DNA from: Flaccisagitta enflata
Taxonomy: Eukaryota
Assembly: GCA_965153355.1 (NCBI GenBank)
Contig: OZ231126.1
Location: 23,188,001 to 23,252,000, forward strand
Direction of reading: 5' to 3'
Length of the DNA stretch: 64,000 bases
Below the pieces are notes generated by a model. It searched no databases, was not told where the DNA came from, and saw only the letters and a list, made by a program, of their open reading frames with translations. Numbering within the stretch: the first letter of the stretch is position 1; every line of letters starts with the position of its first letter. Below, piece by piece: positions 40,703 through 53,405 of the stretch. The position numbers and the translations under genes are program-made.

Positions 40703-42797
40703 TAGATAGCAGACTCTGCCCCAAATTCAATCTGACAACCCCAGCCCGATGGTTTTTGCATTCCATATAGTCAAATAGAGGGCCCAGGGCCAATGAACGG
40801 GTTTTTGAATGGATTTTGCAACCAGCTCTTTTCAAATTTTTATGCGCATAAAGTGGTGGCTGTAGTACAAATCTTGTTTTTAGGTCATTTAAATCTCAAA
40901 ATTGGGTCACTTGGCCTGAGAAAAAAGACTCAAAATCCATGAGATTATAAAACTAGAGCTCAAGAGCTAACCAGTGGTGCAATCTGCATGTTTCTATCTT
41001 CATTTGTTAAGATTTGAGAGCATTTCAAAGATGAGGCTCATGGAGGTAAATTGCAGCCTCAATTTCAGTGGCAATTTTGACATTTTTCACAGATTTCAAC
41101 ATATTTTGGCTTTGGATAGACCAATTTGCATGAAATTGGTGACTAAATCAAAAAGTTTTTCCTGCTCTAGCTGATGGTAAATGAATTTTTGATCGACATG
41201 ACCCCAAATTCTTTATATTGACTGTAGAAGTAGGTGTAAAAAAGTCAATTTTTTTGGAAAATTTGTCAACTTTGGACACAAAATTCACCCGCCTCCAATT
41301 TGAAAAATGACCTAAAATCTATGAGCAAAATAAAATACTGCTCAAGTGCTAACTAGTGGTGCAATCGGCATGTAGCTAAGCTGTGGCATTTAGATTTTAC
41401 GGAACTTCAAAGATCAAAGGTTGAGTAAAAATGGCGATTTTTGGTTATTTTGGCCATTTTGGCCTCAAAATTGGGCACCTTTGGCTTGGAAATCAAAATA
41501 AAAATCCATGAGATTATAAAACTAGAGCTCAAGAGCAAACCCGTGGCGCAATCCGCATGTTTCTATCTTCATTTGTTAAGATTTGAGAGCATTTCAAAGA
41601 TGAGGCTCATGGAGGTAAAATTGCAGCCTCAATTTCAATGGCAATTTTGACATTTTTCACAGATTTCAACATATTTTGGCTTTGGATAGACCAATTTGCT
41701 TTTTTGGCTTGGAAATCGAAATAAAAATCCATGAGATCATTAAACTAGAGCAAATTTCATCTCAATTGGTGGAAAAGTAATCTTTGAAGTACTGTAGAAT
41801 CTAAATGCCACAGCTTAGCTACATGCGTATTGCACCACTAGTTAGCACTTGAGCAGTAGTTTATTTTGCCACTGAAATTGAGGCTGCAATTTTACCTCCA
41901 TGAGCCTCATCTTTGAAATGCTCTCAAATCTTAACAAATGAAGATAGAAACATGCGGATTGCGCCACTGGTTTGCTCTTGAGCTCTAGTTTTATAATCTC
42001 ATGGATTTCCATTTTGATTTCCAAGCCAAAGGTGCCCGATTTTGAGGCCAAAATGGCCAAAATAACCAAAAATCGCCATTTTGACTCATCCTTTGATCTT
42101 TGAAGTTCCGTAAAATCTAAATGCCACAGATTAGCTACACGCCAATTGCACCATTAGTTAGCACTTGAGCAGTAGTTTATTTTGCTCATGGATTTCCAAA
42201 TTAGAGGCGGGTGAATTTTTTGTCCAAAGTTGATAAATTTTCCAAAAAAATTGACTTTTTACCACCTGCTTCTACAGTCAATAAAAGAAATTTGGGGTCA
42301 TATTGATCAAAAATTCATTTACCATCAGCTAGAGCAGGAAAAACTCTTTATTTTGGTCACCAATTTCATGCAAATTGGTCTATCCAAAACCAAAATATGT
42401 TGAAATCTGTGAAAAATGTCAAAATTGCCACTGAAATTGAGGCTGCAATTTTACCTCCATGAGCCTCATCTTTGAAATGCTTTCAAATCTTAACAAATGA
42501 AGATAGAAACATGCGGATTGCACCACTGGTTAGCTCTTGAGCTCTAGTTTTATAATCTCATGGATTTTGAGTCTTTTTTCTCAGGCCAAGTGACCCAATT
42601 TTGAGATTGAAATGACCTAAAAACAAGATTTGTACTACAGCCACCACTTTATGCGCATCAAAATTTGAAAAGAGCTGGTTGCAAAATCCATTCAAAAACC
42701 CGTTCATTGGCCCTGGGCCCTCTATTTGACTATATGGAATGCAAAAACCATCGGGCTGGGGTTGTCAGATTGAATTTGGGGCAGAGTGTGCTATCTA
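40703..42797. mobile_element. Foldback element (2095 bp) with ~940-bp TIRs, TAG...CTA termini and 8-bp TSD ATATAAAG (hAT-like)
   Basis: 40703-~41644 is a near-perfect inverse of ~41866-42797; ATATAAAG at 40695-40702 and 42798-42805. Confidence 0.92.
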
Positions 42798-43679
42798 ATA
42801 TAAAGCCTAAAATACTCCATTATTAGTCGCGTGCATGCGACTCTACAACCCGCTTTGTCCGTAGGTCGGTCTGTCGGTTGGTCGGTTGGTCGGTTGGTCC
42901 GTCACACTTTACTTTTTTTTATGATTTTATTTCTTTGACCTCACTGCTCCTGCCCAAATGGTCTGGTGACCTCAAATATGGCCGCTGCCCACCTGCACGC
43001 GACTTCGGTAGCCGTGTATCCGGCCTTGTTTTTTTTCAGATTTGTCTATTATTTTTTTCCATATATTATAGATAATTACTCAGATTTTGTCCCAATGAAT
43101 TAGGGATACATTTTTTTTTAGCAATAACGTACAGTAGATGTCGTCTATACTTGGAAATACGGGGGAATTCATTACAGGAAGACAAATTTACATAAAAGAC
43201 TGAATTTTGGAATTTAGACTTATAAAAGCATGCTTTGTTTCATGTTGCCCATGGGTGTTGGTTGCTTGGAAACACATTTTCATGTATTTACGCTAAAGTA
43301 TCAATATTTTGAGAAATTCTTTTAGGGAACATCGTTTTAAATAAAATTTGCCACAACTTTCCTACAGTATGTTCTGTAAGAATATTGCTCGTTTAGCCAT
43401 TACTAGGGAGCATAACTATGCGTGACAGCCCTGTGATCTATAGGTCATCAATGATATGACATGTGACAACATTGCTTTATCAAAAAAAATACAGAAGAAA
43501 ATCATTCTAACGAACACGCTTCTTACGTAATTCCGCCTCTTACGAATATCTTTGAAAGTCCCATCATTCTTTTCTCATATTGTTTGTTTAGAAAAATCGC
43601 CTTTAACAAACTGTTACTAATGAAAAATCGCCTGTAACAAAGTATTTTCCAGTGACATGTTACGAATTTTTTCATGGAG

Positions 43680-44176
<497 letters not shown>

Positions 44177-45863
44177 GATGATGATGATATGCTATTTTGT
44201 ACCGCATTACTATTAAGTTGTCTATCTAAATGAACAAAACTATTCTGATGGTTGTTTAATGTTTATGCTACTATATCACTAGCAATTGTTTTTCTATGGC
44301 TACAGCGAAATTCGCCTGTAACGAAAATATATCAGGTTCCCTTGGGCTTCGTTAGAAAGGTTTTTAACTGTACATAAAAACAAAGGATGATAGTCTTGGG
44401 AACTCTCAATGGCGCTTAATCCGGACCCCTCACAACTGTTCTTTATCAATAAAAACATTACTATAAAAACCAAAACCATGGTAAAAACCATATTAACCAC
44501 ACTTAGTTGTTATCCATACCATGCAGAGGTAGGGGATCGGTGAGGCGCTGGATTAGGAGGCGCTGGATTCCAGGCGCTGGATTCCGAGGCGAAGGATTCG
44601 AGGCGAATTCATCGGTTTACCAGACAAGGGGTAGGGGTGAGTTTAGGAGTAGGGGTGAGTTTAGGGGTAGGGGTGAGTTTAGGTTATGTCAAATACAAAA
44701 TAAAAAAAAAAAACATAAAAGTTTACCCATGTTTTCTCTGTTGCTAAGCAACAATGTTTTTAAGAAACATAGAACAGTGTTTTATCGTTAGACGCATAGT
44801 ACCAAGGCAGCTGGGTTTCCTACGATTCTAAGAATCGTAGGAATCTGGGTTAGGAAGCTAGGTTTCCTAACCAATTTCATAATAGGAAAATGAGTTTTTT
44901 TCAGTTTATCCTTAGAGGCGCTGCTTCATTTTATCTCATTTCTTGGGTGATCACTAACAATGGGACGACATCGTGATACCATAAAAGAATAGCATCGCCA
45001 CTCTGCTGTAAATAGATTAAAAATGTGAATGAAAAAATCCTACCTACATTTCTTACTAGGTTTTCCAGGAAAACGTTGCTTATGTTTCTTAGAATTCTAG
45101 GTTTCCGAGGATTTACAATATTAGCAAGAATGGTAATTTTTTCGTCTTCGTACATTTGTTGCTCTTTTTATTGGTTGACTCGCTTTTTTGTTAAACAAGG
45201 CCATCGCATTACAAGTCGCGTGCGGTTTTGAAGACTAAAAGACTAAAAGACCTTAAGACCAAAAGATAAAACAACAAAAAACAGGAGCAGTAATGCAAAA
45301 AACGCCCAAAAACGCCGAAAAAAGCTAACGGCGACCAACCGACAGACAGACCGACCGACCAACATAGCGGTTCATAGAGTCGCGTAGCACGCGACTAAAA
45401 AGATTTCCATTTTCACTGACATTGTAAAACTTGGAAAACCTAGAATTCTTAGAAACCTACAGTACCTTCCGAGCAAACCCGGCTAAAACTGGAGGATTGA
45501 TTTTTTTTACTTTAATTTCATTTCCCAAACTTCATTTTTTGTATCTGACTTAATTAAAAGATACTTAATTCCTTGAACATATTTGGCTGTCAGAAAAAAT
45601 AACCCATGAAATCAAAGTGCATGAAGACATCAGTCAGCGACTGCTTATTGATCGTGTATCCGGCCTTGTTTGTTTTCAGTTGCGTGTATGACACACTGCG
45701 TCAGTTGGTTGGTTTGTCCGTCTGTTAGTTGATTGGCATAGTTGTTATTTTCATATTTTGGTGAGAAGTTTTAACATTTCTGCCCCAGCTTATGCACTCC
45801 TCACTATGGGTTGACCTGGTGCGGCCTTATCATTATTTCTTTTTCTTTTTCTTTTTTTTTCTT

Positions 45864-46236
<373 letters not shown>

Positions 46237-46706
46237 CTTCCCCACGTCTATACTCTGTTTGTTTCCCAAAAAAGAATCTGCAAAATTCTTTTTGAGTGTT
46301 TTCGCGTGAAAGATAAAAACATGACCCTGTTCTACATTCACTAGAGATCACAGCTTTGTTCTTGGAAATGCAAAATTCGACTCGTAGGGGAAGTCTTAGA
46401 ATTTTACGTCCATGAAAAATATTATCAAAAGCTTTCACTATTGATCTTTTTTCTGCTGTAAGGCCAAAACAAGCGGAATAAAACCTAATGATGCTCAGGG
46501 TTCCAACTGATGAAGATTTAAAGGGGGTTTTGTGTTTGAGTAACTTAAGATGATACAATACATCTAAATTCTCTGATTTCTCGGAACATGCAAATTGGCT
46601 TTGCAACCAGAGGGACGTACATATTTCTAGGCTTTTTTTGCTTTTTGGCTGGGAGTAAATGCTAATGAACGTAAGTAGTCAAACCGTAGGTCTATGGCAA
46701 CTCCTA

Positions 46707-47293
46707 CACGCCACGGGGGAGGCTTTCATAGGTCAAGAAAAATTCTCGGTCATAATAGAGAGTGGTTTGGGCCTCAGGATGGTTTACTTTATCACTTTAT
46801 ACCAAAACAAAAATTTTTTTACTTCAAAAATTTTTTTTAAAATGCCGTAAAATGCCATAAAAAGCCGTAAAAGTGGCATTTTTGACAGTTTTTTTTGTCT
46901 GAAACCGCCGCTAAGGTAAAAAAATAGGCAAACAATGATTATCTGGCACTAAGACACATTCATGCATAAATACAGGCCAACCCGTCATCATTTAGTATCA
47001 TTTTGTGCCATAAAATGCCGTAAAAAAACGTAAAAATGACATTTTTTGATAACGAGTTGGCATGTATTTATGCATGAATATGTTTTAGTGCCAGATAATC
47101 TTGTTTGCCCATTTTTTGACCAAAGTGGCAGTTTTGGACCCAAAAACTGTCAAAAATGCCAATTTTACGGCTTTTTACTGCATTTTATGTTGTTTTGGTA
47201 TGAAGTGATAAAGTAAACCTTCCTAAGGCTAAAACCACTCTCCATAATGACCGAGAATTTTTCTTGACCTATGAAAGCCTCCCCCGTGGCGTG
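46707..47293. mobile_element. Palindromic Transib-like MITE (587 bp), CAC...GTG termini, 5-bp TSD TCCTA
   Basis: cacgccacgggggaggctttcataggtcaagaaaaattctcgg mirrored at the right end; TCCTA at 46702-46706 and 47294-47298. Confidence 0.9.
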
Positions 47294-47859
47294 TCCTATG
47301 ACCGATCATATTGTCTTCGGGTCGATATCATACAAAGAAAATATGATATTACACTCAAGAGGGAGGAAAATGTCGCAACGCTAAATTCTCCCTCCTTTGG
47401 CATTTCCTCAATAGTTTTTTGCTATTTCTTTCTCATTCCTGGACTTGGAATCGGTTCAAGCATGTCAATAGGTACCTAGGCTATTCCCCCACTAGTGAAA
47501 GGGATGAAGGTAACATAACAAAAAAGATTTAAGAGTGTTTTACACCTAAAAACTGGACGAAAATGAAGTTATTTGATCGTCAATACTCCGACATAAGTCA
47601 TTTCAAGCCATTCTAAGTCATTCTAAGTCATTATGTAAGTCTCGCACGCGACTCATAGGTGTCGGCCTTGTTTTTCCTTTTGAAACCGATTCAAATTTTT
47701 CTAAACAATGTAGTTAGGAAAAGTGTACAACTCTTAAGCCTGACCCGCATTATTGTTTTCATATAAGATTATGTAAAAAAGGGTAAAAAACAAATGACTT
47801 GTTTAATATAAAGTTTTTCTTCTGATCAACTAACCCGGGGTTACGTACACGGCCTTGCT

Positions 47860-47952
<93 letters not shown>

Positions 47953-48753
47953 ACAAATGCGTTTTGACATTTTTTCAAACACACACGCACTTACACTCTA
48001 TAACCCACTTTTTAGCTTTTTCAACCAAAGGACTGACCAACGGAGCGACGAACCGATGCATGGCCTGAAGTGCGGACTAAGCCGCCCATAGTTTCGTGTC
48101 CGCAACTGAAAAGAAAAACTCAGTGTTTTGACTGCTTTTAGACGCTGGCTAAGCGACTCTTAAATAGGATGAACGCCTTAATCTGTCAGTCCGTCCATGA
48201 CGTGAAAATTTGGCTGACGCAAAATTGGCGGGAATGGGGATTTCTGAGTATTATTGCCTCTGCCCTCTACTGACCCCCACCCCCCCCCACCTACTCAAAT
48301 ACTGCCCCCTGCCCCGGCAATTCTGCCCCTACTAATCGCCAGCGACTATTTAGCGGCCGTGTATCCAGCCTTGTTCTTCTGTTGTAAGCTTTCTGATACT
48401 GGACAAGACAACTCTTACCATACATGCTTCATGTTTGTAAACACCATTGAGAGCTCCAAAGCCTCACATCCTTAAGCTATGTAGTTTGGGTTTGAGTAGT
48501 TACGTTGTCCAACTTTCATGCTCGTGCTCTTGCTCTCATACAGGTTTTCGAGAGACATGACATTTGTTTTGCAGTTCTTATTTCTTCCATAAGGTGGAGA
48601 CTAAGCTCTGTCTCTGAGTTCTTTTGTTTTCTTACATTTGGAAAATATATTTGGAAAAGAGTACATTTACACGGCCTATTCTACATGCTCATGAAAATAT
48701 CTTCTCATTATCTCTCTCAGAGAAAAAAGAGATATGAAAATCGCACGTATCTA

Positions 48754-48772
48754 ATGTCGCTGAGTGTTGCAG
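48754..48772 (+). CDS. Candidate upstream coding exon of the lectin gene (MSLSVA-, phase-1 donor); true start uncertain
   Basis: GCA G|gtttgt donor at 48773 gives a 66-bp GT-AG intron to 48838 in the required phase. Upstream acceptor tctctctcag ends at 48720. A second ATG at 48734 (MKIARI*) is out of frame. Confidence 0.4.
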
Positions 48773-48838
48773 GTTTGTTATCCAAGTGCCATATACAGAT
48801 TGCAACTCTCTAGCGTTAATTAACTTCTCGCTCTCCAG

Positions 48839-49114
48839 CCAAAGCGCCGCCTCCTCTCGACGTAATCGCTCTGCTTACAAAATTCATCAATGAGACGAGA
48901 GCCAACGACATGAAGCACGCGGCTGACATCGCCAAACTCTCCACGATGACCAAGCTCCAAAACAAGAAGTTTTCAGCAATTCAAGGAACTATTTCAAAGA
49001 ACGCGGGGAAGATTTCGTCAAATGCGGCGAAGATATCATCAAATACGAGGAGTATTTCGTCCGTCAGCGGAAAAGCTAAGAGGAACACAGACGACATCGC
49101 ACAGATAAAAAAAG
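48839..49114 (+). CDS. Internal coding exon (phase 1 to 1): coiled-coil stalk of a putative H-type lectin protein, (A)KAPPPLDVIALLTKFINETRANDMKHAADIAKLSTMTKLQNKKFSAIQGTISKNAGKISSNAAKISSNTRSISSVSGKAKRNTDDIAQIKK
   Basis: Acceptor ttctcgctctccag ends at 48838; donor AAG|gttcat at 49115. Open, non-repetitive frame with I-x-x-N heptads. Splices in frame to 52369. Confidence 0.85.
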
Positions 49115-49376
49115 GTTCATATTATTAATCCATATGAAAACATTTGCGGAGGAAGTATAGTTGAGCTTCACAAGAGCGCATGCCAAGGGACTGGGCAAAT
49201 TTATGCCCTACAGAGAAGTTGCTTTATTGCTAATACACAATTTACTGCAGTATCACTTGTGGAACTGCAAATCATATACATTACAGGCAGGTATGCCTTA
49301 AAAGCGGGTGCGCTCTTGCGGTGCTCCACTGCACTGCATTGTAGCTGAATTTATCAAGTCTCGGAACTTTCTTAAA

Positions 49377-52156
49377 TAGTCCCGTCTCTTAAAGGAATAA
49401 AAGAAAAGAACTCGGCGTTTTTGGGGCAAAGTGTGAAAATTTGCATACAGGGTCAGTTTTTTGTACTGAACAAGACTAGATGGGGTACACGTCTGATTTT
49501 TAAGTGTAACCCATTCAAAAACGCGTTTTTTCTTCAAAAAAACACTTTGAAGAGGCGCTGACGCCAAACGCATCGACAGATGACTATAAAATTTTAGGTG
49601 AAGAAAAATATGCCTTTTTTCTACTTGCATGCAAAATTTCAGCAAAATCGGTTCAGCAGAAGCGAAGATATTGCCGTTTAAAGTCTAGGCCTATTTTAAA
49701 AAAAAGGGCTATGTTTCAATTTTGGGGTAAAATTGTGTTTTTTTGAGCTGGAAGTCTGAAATTGGTTTCACTCATTTATTTTACCCTCATTTACCTTAAA
49801 AACAAAAAAAATTGAAAGAAATCAATGTTTTTTTCATTTTTTGGGCCAAAAAAACAAAAATTCAACCTTCAAAATTTAGGCCTGATTTTCAGAAAGGGCT
49901 AGTGCAAGGAAAATATGAAAATCACTGATGCCCACTGAGGGAATCTATTGTCATAAAGTGTACCAACTTATTCCCAAACTTTCAGAGGGGTACATAAACC
50001 CAAAAGGACAAAATTTAATTTCAAAGAATTTAAAAAAAACGACCCAAAATTTCGCATTTTTAAACCCCCAGGGACATTTGGTAACGCTACGGCCAAGCGC
50101 TTCAACCGATTTGCCTAAAATTTTGCATGCAAGTCCCAATATGTTAGGGGCATATCTGAGCCAAATTTCAGCTTACTAATCAAACATTTAATTTTTCCAT
50201 ATATCAAAAAGGGTAAAAAAATGCTGAATTTTGATATTTTTGCTGTAGACTTTGAAATGATTTTTTGCCTTTTCGGGTTAATGTACCCCTCTGAAAGTTT
50301 GGGAATAAGTTGGTACACTTTATGACAATAGATTCCCCGAGTGGGCGCCAATGATTTTAATATTTTCTTTGCACTAGCCCTTTTTGAAAATCAGGCCAAA
50401 ATTTTGAGACCCAATTTTGTGTTTTTTTTTGCCATAAAATGGAAAAAACATGGGATTTTTTCAAATTGTTTTTGTTTTTAGAGTAAATTAGGGTAATATA
50501 CGCAATTGAAATCAATTTCAGACTTCCAGCTCAAAAAAACACAATTTTACCCCAAAATTGAAACATAACCCTTTTTTTGAAAATAGGCCTAAACTTTAAA
50601 TGACAATATCTTCGCTTCTAGTGAACCGATTTTGCTGAAATTTTGCATGCAAGTAGAAATAGTCGCAAAAGCGTTACATGGTCAGCGGTACCCGATGCCC
50701 CTAAGTTAGTGTATGTGAGAATGAGATTATGAGAGGGGCAGCGGCCCCGGAGGGGCCGATGACCTATGATTCCACATAGGGCAATTTTCTCCGGTTTGAA
50801 AAGCTAGGTTTTGGGGTCTGAAAGGGCTTGATTTGGGGTCTGGGAGGCCTGATTTGGGGTCTAAAAGGCCTGATATGGATCTGAGAGGCCTGATTTGGGT
50901 CTGAGAGGCCCGATTTGGGGTCTCAGCGGTCTGATTTGGGGTCTGAAAGGGCCTGATTTAGGGTCTGAGTTTCTTGATTTGGGGTCTGAAATGCTTAATT
51001 TGGGGTCTGAGAGGCCTGATTTGGGGTCTGAGAGGCCTGATTTAGGATCTGAGAGGCCTGATTTAGGGTCTGGGAGGCCTTATATTGGGCCTGAGAGGTC
51101 TGATTTGGGGTCAGAAAGGTCTGTTTTGGGGTCTGGGAGGCCTTATTTGGGTTCAACTAGTCATCCAAGGATCGCACATGGTCAGCGGTACCCGATGCCC
51201 TGCTAGGAGTGATCAGCTGAAGAAGTATAGTGAGAGCAGGGCAGCGGCCCCAAAGGGCCGATGTCCTGTAGGACACAGGGGTGAATTTCCAGACGTCCTT
51301 AGAAGGCACATTAAGGGGCTGACATGCTTGATTTTGAGCCTGACAAGGCTGATTTAGGGTATTAGAGAGCTAATTTTGGAGCTGAAAGGGCTGATTTTGG
51401 GCCTGAGAGGACTGATTTTGGGCCTGAGAGAGCTGATTTTGGGCTTGAGAGGGCTGATTTTGGGCTTGAGAGGGCTGATTTGGGGCTAATTTGGAGCTAA
51501 TTTTGGAGCTGAAAGAGCTGATTTTGGGCCTGAGAGGGCTGATTTTGAGTCTGAGAGGGCTGATTTTGGGCTTGAGAGGGCTGATTTTGGGCTTGAGAGG
51601 GCTGATTTTGGGCCTGAGAGGGCTGATTTTGGGCTTGAGAGGGCTGATTTTGGGCTTGAGAGGGCTGATTTGGGGTCTGAGAGGGGCCTCGGGGGGGGGG
51701 GACGTACGTACGGACGTACGGACGTACGGACGTACATACGGACGTCTGGAAATTCACCCCTGTGTCCTACAGGACATCGGCCCTTTGGGGCCGCTGCCCA
51801 AAAAGGCTTCATTTGCAGTCTGGGAAGCTTGTTTTGAGGCTTCGGGGGGGGGGACGTACGGAAACCGGAGAAAATTGCCCTATGTGGAATCATAGGTCAT
51901 CGGCCCCTCCGGGGCCGCTGCCCAAAAAGGTATATTTTTCTTCACCTAAAATTTTAGAGTCATCCGCCAATTGGTTTGGCGTCAGCGCCATTTCAAAGTG
52001 TTTTTTGGGCAAAAAAACGCGTTTTTGAAAGGGGTATACCAAAAAATCAGAAGTGTACCCCTTCTAGTCTTGTTCAGCACAAAAAACTGACCCTGTATGC
52101 AAATTTTCACGCTTTGCCCCAAAAACGCTGAGTCCTTTTCCTTAAATCCTAGACTA
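49377..52156. mobile_element. Long-TIR foldback element (TAGTC...GACTA, 4-bp TSD TAAA; consistent with Academ-type) in lectin intron; ~1.5 kb without nested HINEs
   Basis: Left arm 49377-~50030 mirrors 50250-50657 plus 51924-52156; TAAA at 49373-49376 and 52157-52160. Confidence 0.8.
50658..51928 (-). mobile_element. Young HINE-G element with perfect 62-bp subTIRs (50736-50797 / 51862-51923), hosting a second HINE-G (51155-51804; perfect 60-bp subTIRs 51239-51298 / 51740-51799); both carry 21-bp arrays
   Basis: Inverted pairs checked base by base; asymmetric placement (one terminal next to an A-run, one ~80 bp internal). Confidence 0.92.
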
Positions 52157-52194
52157 TAAAGATTTAATGACTAATCTCTCATCATCAACTTTCC

Positions 52195-52365
52195 TTTTTA
52201 GTTGCGGACACGCAACTCTATAAGAGCCTTTGTCCGTCCGTCCGTCCGTCCGTCCGTCCATCGGTTGGTCGGTCCGTTGGTGAGCACGAGTCGAAAAGTG
52301 TGAAAATGCGCATTTCCGCCCCTGCCCACCCGTCCGCAACTGATGGCCGTGTATCCGGCCTTGTT
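52195..52365 (+). mobile_element. HINE-B2 (~170 bp) directly upstream of the splice acceptor; near-identical copy at 57218-57391
   Basis: ttttagttgcggacacgcaactct...gtccgcaactgatggccgtgtatccggccttgtt. Confidence 0.92.
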
Positions 52366-52368
52366 CAG

Positions 52369-52453
52369 ATGCAATAAGCTGCATCTCCTCGTCAAATACG
52401 TTTGATTTTAAGAAAAGTGCTTGGGGAGTCGACCAAACCGTCAACTTTGCAAG
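52369..52453 (+). CDS. Internal coding exon (85 bp, phase 1 to 2): start of H-type lectin-like domain, (D)AISCISSSNTFDFKKSAWGVDQTVNFA(R)
   Basis: Acceptor ccttgttcag ends at 52368; donor AAG|gtacat at 52454. Phases match both neighbouring exons exactly and give the V-x-F-x-x-x-F-x-x-x-P pattern across the junction. Confidence 0.85.
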
Positions 52454-52469
52454 GTACATGTGGCCTAGC

Positions 52470-53322
52470 CTGTCATCAGGGTTTCTCTCGAAAATTTGTC
52501 TACATCATTTGCAATGGTCACTCTGGGTTTTTGAGCATTTTTGCGTTGGTCATGGATATACAAATCAACAAGTGACGCAAGGTCACAATATAGTTGCGGA
52601 CAGGTAGGCAGGGGCAGCCAACCCCCATCCACGCCCAACGCCCTACCCAACCCCCCTTCCAACACAGACATATACACAAAAAACTTCTAAAACACTCGTT
52701 TTCCCACTTTTTGACTCGTGCTCACGGACAGACCAACGGACCAACGGACCAATGGACAGATGGACAATGCCGCTTATAGAGTTGCGTGTCCGCAACTAAA
52801 AACTACCCTTTGGAAAATCATCCCTAGAATATCTTTTGAAAAGAAAAGAGAAATACATAATTTTTAGCTTGATTTTGCGTAATGAATTATCCAGGTTGGA
52901 TTTATCCATTTTTTGACAGCATATTGTTAATCCTGATGCGATTCTCTTTCATTTGATAGGTCGTACCGTATGGTCTTGATAAGAAATAAATTTTTCATAT
53001 TTTAGGCCAATTTTTGTGACAGTGGCATGGAAAATGAAAATGTTATTTACTTTTAATGCCCTATAGCGCGACCTATCAAATGAAAGGGATTTGCATCAGG
53101 ATTAACAACATACACTGTCATACAGTCTCAAAATGAGTAAAACCAACCTGTAAAACACTTGACGAAAAATGAGGCTGAATATTATGAATCTATCACTTTT
53201 GTTTTCAAAAACCGCTCTAGGGATGATTTCCCACTGGATAGTTTTTGATTTTTACACCCATGACCTACACAAAAATGCAAAAACAGTTACATCATTCCTG
53301 TCTTAAATCCTTTGTCTGACAG
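52470..53322. mobile_element. Degenerate palindromic MITE filling the last lectin intron, with a HINE (52567-52802, - strand) in its left arm
   Basis: tgttaatcctgatgc...tttcatttgataggtcg mirrored by cgacctatcaaatgaaa...gcatcaggattaaca; aaatcatccctaga / tctagggatgattt. Confidence 0.8.
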
Positions 53323-53405
53323 CAGTGAATATGCAAAACGGACCTCGAATATTTAAGCATCTACATTACGACTCAAAATTTGCCCATTTATCAATTTGCC
53401 CACAG

